DNA of 64,000 nucleotides from Lytechinus pictus (Eukaryota): NCBI RefSeq assembly GCF_037042905.1, contig NC_087252.1, positions 27,344,001 to 27,408,000 of the forward strand, read 5' to 3'. Shown piece by piece: positions 13,896 to 24,841 of this stretch (position 1 is its first letter; each line of letters starts with the position of its first letter). The notes under the pieces were generated by a model. It saw only the letters and a program-made list of their open reading frames with translations, ran no database searches and was not told where the DNA came from. The position numbers and the translations under genes were made by a program.

Positions 13896-14342
13896 CTAAT
13901 CATGGTTAAGTTTACTGTTGTGATGGTTATGTTACCAGAATTTCCTTTTCTCCTTCTATTCTATTTCCCTTCCCTTCGTTTTCCATTCCTCTGCCCCCCC
14001 CCCCCTTTGGGCTCTTTACGGGGGAGTGGGGGGAGGCACTTTCCAAGTGGAGACCATACTCGTCCATAGACTCGTAATTTTTCACATAGACCCTTAACAA
14101 GAATTTCAGTTACGTCTCACCTTAAATGACTTTTGTCTTAGAAAATGTATTTTCATGATAGCCTGAACCTATCGTTATAAGCACCATTCGCACAAAGCCG
14201 TTGAACAACCCCCCCCCCCCTGAATTTGATACTTTTTAATACCCCTTGCACTGTATAGTCTTATATCGCCAAAATTATTATCCTAATACTTGCAAGGAGG
14301 GGGGGTGGTTGGAACAATGGTCCTGATACACATAGATCGAGT

Positions 14343-14567
14343 TAGTCCAGATTGGACCTTGTTGTTTGGAAGTGCCCTTTCCCAAAGCTTTCATAGAGGG
14401 CACATGTCTCCCAATCTGTAATCAGCGCCAATCCACTCATCTTCCCTCCCCAACAACTTGGGAGGGAAGATGAGTGAATTGGTGCTGATTAGAGATTGGG
14501 AGACATGTGCCCTCTATGTTAGCTTTGGGAAAAAGCACTTCCAAACAACAAGGTCCAATCTGGACTA
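14343..14567. repeat. ~225-bp hairpin (~110-bp arms, tiny loop)
   Basis: TAGTCCAGATTGGACCTTGTTGTTTGGAAGTGC ... GCACTTCCAAACAACAAGGTCCAATCTGGACTA. Confidence 0.9.
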
Positions 14568-15151
14568 GGATCGGGTTTGAAGCCGGCCCCGACGCAGACT
14601 TTGAAGCATCCTTCACGCCAGGGGCAGCGGAGTGAAGTTGAAAGTGATGGGGGGCATGGGAAAAAAGGCACCTTTCCTTTTAAAATGGCAGCACGCATAA
14701 ACTTTTTGGGAAAAAATCGAAAGCGAGGGAGTGAAGCGACCGAGCTTATCTTTGAGGCACTTTTCCATTTTGTTACATGAAATTGATAGATTTTGTGCAT
14801 ACTATTGGTGGATTTTGTGAAAATCTGCAGTAAAAAGGTGAGTTTTCAAAATTCCGAGGTGGGAAACCTCCCCCTGCCCCCCCCCCCCCCCCCCCGCTTC
14901 GTACGGCCATGATGTTAAATTCAAAGAAAAAAAATACTTATCTACCCACTCACATATGATTCATGAAACTTCGCCGGAGCACTGTGTCATGGTACCTTAA
15001 TCTAATCATGTTTTTATTTATTTTCAGAAGCTCCTCAATCATTACTCTTTGATATCAGTATCGCTCTCTTATCATGCTCATTAATCATCTATAGTTAGTA
15101 TCGATTAACTTTGATAGTATTTATCAATTCTAAAATGAAGATGGAGTAATG

Positions 15152-15235
<84 letters not shown>

Positions 15236-15302
15236 GGAGAAATATCTTTATGTGACAGAGAGTTTCTGGAAATATACTGTTATTCCGCTGAATTCAACCA
15301 CC

Positions 15303-15434
15303 AGGGTCCCGTAACACAAAGGTTAGCGATTAATCGTACGCTTGAGTTTCACGATTGATTGTACATTGTAGTCAATGGAATCAATCGTAGAAAAATGTTC
15401 TACGATCATTGCTAAGCTTTGTGTTACGAGCCCC
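15303..15434. mobile_element. Short MITE; relatives at ~19960-20048 and ~58465-58575
   Basis: CCCGTAACACAAAGGTTAGC ... GCTAAGCTTTGTGTTACGAG inverted ends. Confidence 0.7.
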
Positions 15435-16715
15435 AGGCTTTATCCTTATATTCCATTTCCCTGCACTCATTCCTCAGTCTTCCCCCTCCTCTTTCTCTTT
15501 CTCTCTCTCTCGCTCTTTCTCTCACCCCACCACGCTCTCTTTTCCAGGGGTTGGGGGGGGGGGGCACTGCCATAACAAGGTAGGGATCATTCTCGTCCAT
15601 GGACTTTCACATAGGCACCTGTCACATATAAACACAGATCCCCAATGATGCATGATCCGGCAATACTGAGTTTTCGCAACATTTACGCAGACACTTTCTG
15701 GATCGCAAAAAATCTGTTGTCAAAAAACCTTCATGACTAAGCAGCCTTTGCCGAAATTCGGTGAATCAAAACAGCACTGTCGTCCCGAACTATGGACAAA
15801 CGAGATATTTGGAAGTTTTCATCTGGTCCGAATCTTAGGACGATCTGGTGTCCCGGTCCAACAACCTTCGACAAAACCCCTCAGGCTTGACTTGAATTGT
15901 CAATACATTTACCACGTTGCAGAATCAATCCCCGTTGTAATTGCGAAACTCCCAATGACGTCATGATCCGGGGGGGAGGTACGGGATAGTTTTGCAAGGG
16001 ATTGAGCGTTTGTGACTGTACACACGACAACTACACGGCATCTACACACAGATGTACACGGTCCATGCGGGCAGAGCACGTTGTCTACACGGATCAACAG
16101 GATGTCAACGTGGCCCTGGGAAGCGGGAGTGCTGGAGGTACCATAAGATTTGCAGGGGGTTCTGTGTATGCTATATATACCATAGGCAGCACCCCCTAGA
16201 AAAGAGAATGACGAGCAAGCAAGCAAAATAAAAATGTATTGCTCGAAAATGAGGGAGATACAAGAGCAGTTACATTTTTTTGCTTGTCATTTTTTCCTAA
16301 AGACAACCACCTAAACAACCTCCCAGGACAGCACCCCCTGTTTAAAAATCATTTCCAGGGCCCTGTGCGTAAACACGGCAGCATTACGGACCAGCACGGC
16401 AGCTACACTGACCAACGGGGCAGCAGCTACACGGACCACCCCGGATTGCTCTTCCAACACAGCAGTCCACAGACCAACATTGTATTTTAAGAGTGTATGA
16501 AAAGGAAGTAACCATGAAAATCGTCAAAGGTCCTCAAAATGGCTCATTCTTGTATCAATATCTTTTTAAAAAATCAGCTTTCGTTTCCCACGCGCATTAT
16601 TGATCTAATAAATACGTGCACGTACATGTAGTTCCAGGTCTTGATGTAGAAATAAACATATAATTGAAAAAAAACTAGTAAGTCTTAAGGACTATCCCCG
16701 CTGGCGTACTTATAT

Positions 16716-16965
16716 ACATGACGAGATGCAAGATATTGTCATCTGATCACCTCTCATAGGATGTAGTCATGACGAGATCCGAGATCTTGTCATCTCATCA
16801 TCTCTCCCATGGGATGTAGACATGACGAGATCTAAGATCGTATCGTCTGATCATCTCTTCACAGGATGTAGACATGACGAGATCTGAGATCTTGTTATCT
16901 CATCATCTCTGCCACAGGATGTAGACAAGACGAGATCTAAGATTACGGCGTCTGATTATCTCTTC
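16716..16965. repeat. ~52-54 bp minisatellite, about 5 copies
   Basis: Recurring GGATGTAGACATGACGAGATCT..GATC..TCATCT. Confidence 0.85.
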
Positions 16966-18840
16966 TTAAGCATGCAGGACAAAATACAGCGTTTATTTAA
17001 TGTAGGCTTTTGCTTTTAAAAGACGTCACGTGCTACTCTGCTTTTTATAAACATGAATACCACACATGATTAAGTTATTATAATTATTCAGATTAGCAAT
17101 TTATAAGGATACTTCCAAATTCACTAATTGCACTATTATTTAACGATATTAACACCTACATTTCAAGGCAAATCTGTTGAAAGAATGAATATTAAAGTGA
17201 ATTCTTTGTATTTTTATTAATGCACTCAAATTTAATTCGTCTTATTAGGCAAATCGTGCAATACGTCGTGATATTTCGCAGGTAGTCATGTAGGCCTACA
17301 TAAAAATACGGGTTTAAATGGCATAAGTCATTCGATAATTAAGATGTCTAATTTGATACACCATAATATATATGCATACTTTGATTAAAATGTATAACGT
17401 GCTTATATTTGAATAAAAATGTTGATACACCATACGTATTTTGGATATGTTGTTCGCATTCAAATTATATAGGAAAAACCAATAATGTGGATAATACGAT
17501 TACTCTTCCAAACATGGCAGTTGATAAAAAAAACTTAATCCATGTTTGTTCTTTTTAATAGATATCTAAAATAGAAATACGTCGACAATTAATTTTACTC
17601 AAATTCATCGTGGCTCCGGCAGCCACTATGCAGCGCCAGATGAAGTAAATAAAAAGCGCCGTTTTTGTCGTATTGAGACCATTATATTCCATGGTGTGAT
17701 CGTTATCGTTCCAAAATTTGGTTTTAAAATAGGTTTATTATTGTGCATAATCGCCATTTTGGAAAAGGGATTTTCATATCAATTAGAGAATGAATACATG
17801 ATACACTTTTATCTTTTCTCCATACTATATTTAGGGCTTTCTAATTTTTTTTTGGGAAAGTTACACAGACTACAAGTAAATACGAATGAAGATATTGGAC
17901 ATATCGCAATGATAAATTCACATGTTACATCTTCGCTAAAAGGGGATGATGTACACATTTCCGTTAGTTTTCATTTAATTGGACACACCTTTGCTGTCTT
18001 TTATAGGATGATGAAAACATATCAGACCATTATTGATTTTTTTATTTCGTTACGTATACTCCGAATACCACAGTAGAACAATATTGCTTAAAACTGTTGT
18101 CATTTAACATCGCTATTCAAATTTTAAGATAATGATTATAACATTAAAAATAATAATTACAGATAATAAATAAATTCTTAAGCGGCCTTGGGCATTCCAA
18201 TGAAGGAATGTCCAATGCCGCTAACAAGTAAAATTAAAACATAAAATAGACTAGAGCTCTTAAAAAAAAATCATATATGAATAAAAAGTATAATGCAATT
18301 TATAGGGAGAGAAGATCAAATGTGACATTTAGATAGATTATTAGATATAAATGTAAGGTTTGTAGATTTCTTTGGAATGACTGAAGAGACAGTGAGATTT
18401 GAATATTGTGTGGGGAAGAGAGTTCCAGAGACGGGTTGCAGTATAGTGAAGAATGTTCTATCACCACAAGTCCTTTTTGTACATATTTTTTTTTTACCAC
18501 GATCATCATCACCGTTTCAGACCTATCACTGTTTTCCAGGTGAATGCAATTGCTAAAATGAAATTGACATTAACATCATAGAGTAAGTAAAATTTAACCT
18601 TTTGCTCATAACATTTAACCTTTAACATCATAGATTGTTGTTTTATACATCAAAAGTTCACACAAATGACCATATAAATAACAAGAATGTTACATTTAAA
18701 TAGTGAATACAGACATTTTACATGAATTCACTCGTGAATTTCGATGAATTTTTAAGAACATGACTTCAGTCTTTGCAGCAATACTCGAAATTAGTTCTTT
18801 CAAGATGATTTCTGTCAGGACCCACGTTTTGAAATGTTCC

Positions 18841-20948
18841 TCAATCGTTGTCCGTATTTCCCAATACCGCCCGTAGCCCGCAAGCCGAATAGCGCCTTTC
18901 GTCTTTAAATCTGTAGTCACACCAGCAGTATTGGTTTTCTGGATTGACACATACTGGAAATAAGACATTAAAAAAATGAATAGCGACTTGCGATCAGAGT
19001 AGTAATATCAACGACGACGACGATGATGATGGTGGTGGTGGTGGTGGTGATGACGATGATGGTGATGATGATGGTGGTGGTGATGATGATCATAATGGTG
19101 GTGGTGGAGGCGATGATATTGGTAATAATGATGATGATGGTGGTGGTGATGGTGACGATGATGGTGGTGGTGATGATCATAATGGTGGTGGTGGAGGCGA
19201 TGATATTGATGATGATGATGGTGATGATAATAATAATATGGTGGTGATGACAATGATGATGATGGTGATGATCATAATGGTGGTGGTGATATTGATGACG
19301 ATGATGATGATGATTATGATGGTGATGATTATAATAAATGGTATGATAATGACAAGGAATTATAGCAAGAATATTTCTCTTCCAGGAATGACCCTAATAG
19401 GACGAACAGAAGTATTGAAATATCTGTTCTTATCATTTACAGTTACAAGTATTATTAGCCCCCCCCCCCCTTCGACACATTTGCTATCTACTGCTGATAG
19501 TACGCTAGTGCAACAGCTGTGTGCAATCAATGGGGTAATAATTGAAAACTACATTCAATAACTGTGTTAAAATGATTTTTCAGATCTTGCCACCATTAAC
19601 TAATACAGCGTGAGTCTGAAAAAATACTTTAGGCCTTTAAACTAGTCAATTTAATGCAAAAACCTTTCCAGGTACAAGCTTTTATATGGGTCCTGACAGG
19701 GTATCTTCAACAGAATAATTCGATATCATTTTATGTGGTATATTTTAAGCTTGGATTATTAGAAGGTATTTTTTATGATGTAAATATTGATTTGCGTATT
19801 AAATCAATGAATAAAAAAAGTCCCCGAAGGCATTGATTCTACCATATTTACTCCATATATCTTATCATAGGAGTAAGTTTGGTAAAATTTAACATGATGA
19901 TTTTTTTCGATATTTTTTTTTCAATTAATTGCCGTTAGTACCTACTCCAGTGTTTTCTTTACGATTGATTACATTGACTACGATGTAAAATTAATCGTGA
20001 CAATCAAACGTACACTTAATCGTTAACCTTTGTGTTACGGGAACCTGGACGCACTCTTTGTATTCCTCCCTCACTCTGGCGCGAGTCGAAATTTACATCG
20101 AAACAAAGAACACATCCAAATTATCCAAGCGTTAATAATTACTACCCATAAACCACCAATAGGTCGCCAGGTTAGGTTCTCTGTAAATAGCTAAAACTAG
20201 TAATTTAGTCTCCAAAAACCCAAAATCAAAAAATAGCTTTTCATATCTGAAAAAGCAATTCTTCTTCTTCAAACTGTGGAAATTTGAAGTCGTGAAGTTG
20301 AATAGAAGAAAAGATACAAGAATTTCTTGGACACTACTTTTTCGGACTGATTGCAAGTTTCACTGAGATTACACAATATGCATTCTCATTCTTGAGTGAC
20401 CCAAAACTTCAAACCTTGTTTTCGAGTTTGATAATAAAGAAATTATAACTTTCATTTGGTTTAATCGTATTTGTACACTTTGGTTGAACTGACGATATTA
20501 CGATATTACTAAAATAATCGTTTTTGTACACTTTTGTTGAACTGACGATATTACGATATTACTAAATAGCGCTTGCCATTCAGGTTAGGACAGATAATGT
20601 TACTATAAATTGTTACTAACTAGTAATTGTCAGTCCAACTTGACTTACAATAATTACTTTATTACTAAGGTAGTAATTACCATTCCTAACTCGGTTTAAT
20701 AGTTCCGACTATACTCTATCAAAGCGTGGTATATTGTATCATATCTACTTACAAAATGGTTTCGCCCTCTTCACCACGGCATCTAAGAAAGTTACTTCCG
20801 GTCCAGCAATGGGTGGTTCGCCTCTTTTTTCCTCCTCAAAATCATCGAACAGGTCATCCGCATTCCATTCCTCGTCGTTGAGGGGAAAGGTTGCCATAGT
20901 AACAGCAATACACACCGCCAATGTGAAGATGAAGACTTTGACATCCAT
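18841..20948 (-). CDS. Secreted 4-Cys peptide precursor, paralog C; complement(join(18841..18953,20753..20948)), 102 aa
   Basis: Signal MDVKVFIFTLAVCIAVTMA, acidic pro-region ...FEEEKR...VVKR. Donor TTT T|gtaagt (phase 1); acceptor tttccag|TA TGT. Predicted mature peptide: AKPFLCVNPENQYCWCDYRFKDERRYSACGLRAVLGNTDND, then TGA. Confidence 0.9.
19010..19345. repeat. (GAT/GGT)n trinucleotide repeat in the intron of paralog C
   Basis: Direct inspection. Confidence 0.95.
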
Positions 20949-21572
20949 ATTTAGCTCAATATTTGAGATTGCTAGAGAAAATGTGAAGGATTTTGCCAAG
21001 GACTTCCTTAGATTATTATTTCGAATCTCATTTCACCAAATAATTCTAAACAACATGAAAAAAAAAGAATAAAAATGAAAATATAACGACTTTTACTTAT
21101 TTTTTTTCCTAAAATATTTGTAATTTATTTATTTCTATACTTAAAAATGGAACATTGCAAACCAAGGTTTGCAATGATACCATCTGAAACAATATTACTT
21201 ACTACTACAGGATCAATGTAAATATTGATATCAATAGAAATGGCCTTTCACTTATAAAACAGGCATTAATTCACATTTGCTATATGCATTATTGGTAACT
21301 AGGTGTGAAAAATGTGTTAACATGAAGGAAAATAATGATTTCCGATTTTTAGGATAATAAATCTCGGAAAATAACACCCACAAAGTATACAATGGCGAAA
21401 TACTTGATGGCGATACTTTTAATATTTGATGGCATATCGTGGTCTTATAAGAAATGCATAGTGCGCCCCTCACTTTGGAGAATATAAAAATCAAAGAAAG
21501 TATTTATGAAAAAACCAAGTCTTGTATTTGCCGTTTAAATAAAATAAATAGGTTGATGAGATAAACACTTAC

Positions 21573-21654
21573 CCGAACCTCGCGTTAGCTGTTATCAAGT
21601 CCACTGTTATTCGCTAGAAATGACCTTAGCCTTGGCGACCTTCCCATTTATATA
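21573..21654 (-). promoter_or_regulatory. Putative TATA box and non-coding first exon of paralog C
   Basis: Minus-strand TATATAAA at 21654-21647, donor CGG|gtaagt at 21572, and acceptor ttttctctag| at 20972, just upstream of the ATG at 20948. Confidence 0.55.
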
Positions 21655-21980
21655 CCACCCTCTAAACATATCGTAAAGCTTGATTACTACATTAATAATC
21701 CTTGCCCAATGGTTTGAAACGGAACCATTGTGCGGAACCTATGCAATAATTGGAGACAGTAGGGGATAATTAAAGTATTTATGCATCATATCCTCGTCAT
21801 AAACAGCGAATGAACCAAGCCGTGGGATCTATGTTCCTTATTGTATTTTAATCGAAACATTAGCCTTTCTCCTTCAAATTTCCAAGAGGCATCTTTACCA
21901 AAATATATATGAATTCGTTTCGAATACATGGGAAATAGCGGTTTACGCGATAGTCTTCTTCAACAGATAAATGGTATTTA

Positions 21981-22264
21981 TAATAATAATAATATAATGT
22001 ATTTATATTGCGCACATATCCACCTTGTTAGGTGCTCAAGGCGCTCCTATATTACCTGATTACCCGGCTAAGCTAGGCGTTCATAGCGCACACAGCTTTT
22101 TAAGGAATTACTTCCTACCGGTACCCATTTACCTCACCTGGGTTGAGTGCAGCACATTGTGGATCAGTTTCTTGCTGAAGGAAATTACGCCATGGCTGGG
22201 ATTCGAACCCACGACCCTCTGTTTCAGAGTCCGAAGACTAATCCACTGGGCCACAACGCTCCAC
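21981..22264 (-). mobile_element. tRNA-derived SINE, apparently full length
   Basis: Minus strand shows Pol III A box TGGCCCAGTGG, B box GGTTCGAATCC, core CTCAACCCAGGTGAGGTAAATGGGTACC and a (TTA)n tail. Related fragments at ~8100-8245, 8785-8905 and 12530-12580. Confidence 0.85.
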
Positions 22265-24841
22265 ACTTCCACATTAAACTTCTCCACACATTGCAGTTAA
22301 ACTGAATTGCAAGTAAAGTACACAATTAAGAGACACAGATATACATTTCATTAATTAAATTTTACGGTACATTGCCTTAATGTGTAAAAAAAAAATATCC
22401 TGTGTACTGTATACCACTGATCTTATGATACAATTAAAACTAGCAAAATCACTTGCATACGCCTGTTAATATTGCCAGGATAGAGAGATAGGTAGAAAGG
22501 AGAACATAAGGAGATCGAAGTTAAAGAAGTTATGGCGTGCGCACACTATACGGTTCGTTGCGATCATATTTCCAAGTAAAATTGTAATAACATTTGATAT
22601 AACATCTAACTGATAAAATCTTACTGATCAAAGTTCATAATAGTGGTAGGACTACTGAAATCGAAATTCAGCCTCCTTGTAAGAGTAAAAGCATAATTAT
22701 GGCGTCATCATCGCTTGCAACCTGAAGCCGATTTGGACTATACTCCAAACACAGGGGTTGCAGCAAAGCAAAATTACAATTTTATAATTCCTAGCATTAT
22801 ACTTAACTTCAAATAACATAATTTTGCTTCTTAGAACTATCGCATTTAATGCAAAATGTGACTTTTTTTAAGGGTCGCGTCATATTTGATCGTGTACTGT
22901 GCGCTGGGCTCTAGATAAAAAAGAGAAGAAAATGCGATTCAGCGGGAAGGTTGTTCCTGGCAAGAACATGTGACAATGGCAGGTTAAAATGCACTGATAA
23001 ACCTTTAAAAAAACAGTACTACTACATACATTGTGGTTAAGACATTTTATTTCATTCCAATTGCAAACACAATGACACGTCGTGGTTTTGACTGAACAAT
23101 TTAAATTTTTCATATTTTTAAGGAATGTTCGTGCTGATCAACATGATCAAACACTACAAAAACACCGTGTCAATTTAACACCAGCCCCTGTATCTACATC
23201 GGAAAACATCAGGGAACAACACCAGTTAGGAACATAACCGATGTTGGTTTTTTACACTGATTAGTGTTGTTTAAAATACCTTTCTGGTGTTAGCCTAAAG
23301 TCAAAGTGGGCAACACCTCTCTAGTGTCTTCCGTTATAGATGCCGAGCTGGTGTTAAATTAACACAGGTATATTTGTAGTCAAGTGTCTCTATTCCACCA
23401 TGGCTATTTTTAATATGTCACCAAAATAACTTGGTATCGTTAGGCACCACCCCCTTTCATCCCATAATCTGACCTTCATTGGACCATCACAACAAACCTC
23501 ATCAACCTTGGTATTAATAATTCATCCGTGGAAAGACCATATTGAGCCAATCTGATCTGGGGGTACTTCACAACGATTTAAGTATGACCTAGGTGCTTAA
23601 ACGATGATTCTCACGTGATATTTAACGAGCGATCTTAATGATTATTACACAGTAACGCGCGTCCGCTTAGCATAATTTGACCAAGGAACTCCTTGATTTG
23701 ACTATTGCGGTGATGTATTTTATACCGCACGCAACTGTAGTTGTTAACTGCGACTCTAAGACACACTTAAAAATTACTGTTGCGTGCGGTATAAAATACA
23801 TCACCGTATCAGCATCCCCAAAGATGTCTGTCACTTCGAAACTATCTTCGCAACAACTCTCTCCATAATCCATTTTATCTAGTTTTTGGTCAGAATAATA
23901 CCACATTGACGTATTCCCAAGTGATTTCCATTTGTATATTACCAGAACAAGTGTAAAACCCTTCAAAACATGGATTCCTAAATCACAAAAATGGACGTTG
24001 TGGCGAACGCCTGTAATTCTAGCCCAATTTGGGAATTTACATCGAGCCCTTGTCACGTCTGTCGGATGGTGACGTTAAACATGTTAAATGTCGGTCCCAG
24101 GCGTAAATAATCATGTATGACTAAAACACGACTGTTAAAACTCGAACACACACAAGTAATATGTACATTTTTAGATCAGTGTCGTCAAATGTATAGGATA
24201 CATAGATACATTAAAAGTGGGCGAAACACAGAAGATAACATTTATATTTTCTCCCAAGACATACCACCCTCTCTCATTTGCGAATTTGAGATGTTAAAGG
24301 TGGTACATACAGCACATCGGCCAAAATTTCCAACTGTTTTTTGCCAAGTGATATAAATTGAAAAGGGGAACCAATCATCAACTCGATTTATTATTATTAT
24401 TATCATCATCATCATTATTATCATTAGTGTTATTATAATTATTATTATCATCATCATCATTATTCTGTAACGGGCGCCAATTGTGCACTTGATACCATCA
24501 TTTAAAGCACGATAATTTTTTTTTCAAACTAACACAAAGACGTTATCACAACTAATATACATAATCCATGTTCGCAAATGACGGCGATTTTTTTTTCTTT
24601 CAATTATTTTATTTGCTGTAACTAGGTCACTAACTGTTCTTAAAAGTAGTGAACAAGTGATGCACAAGATAATATATGTAAATATAAAAAAATAAATGGT
24701 AAACTCGAACTCATGTTGAAATATATACATGTATATATTTCACTTCATTAATGATACCTACATAAAAAAATAACTCAAGTACATCAAATCTTTAATGAAC
24801 CGTATAATACGGAGAAATATCAAACTGATTCATAAGTTGCA

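Noticed and set aside
18696..18968. 90-aa minus-strand ORF MSYFQYVSIQ...
   Set aside because: Wrong frame; the coding frame here is the Cys-rich exon 18953..18841.
18968..19561. Poly-His, poly-Met/Val and poly-Ile/Thr ORFs
   Set aside because: Trinucleotide repeat inside the intron of paralog C.
331..20948. Naming the peptides strongylocin, centrocin or speract-type
   Set aside because: Cys number and spacing and precursor layout do not match those families as I recall them; no symbol assigned.
22190..22264. tRNA-like sequence with A and B boxes
   Set aside because: Head of a SINE, continuing into the SINE core and tail; not a tRNA gene.
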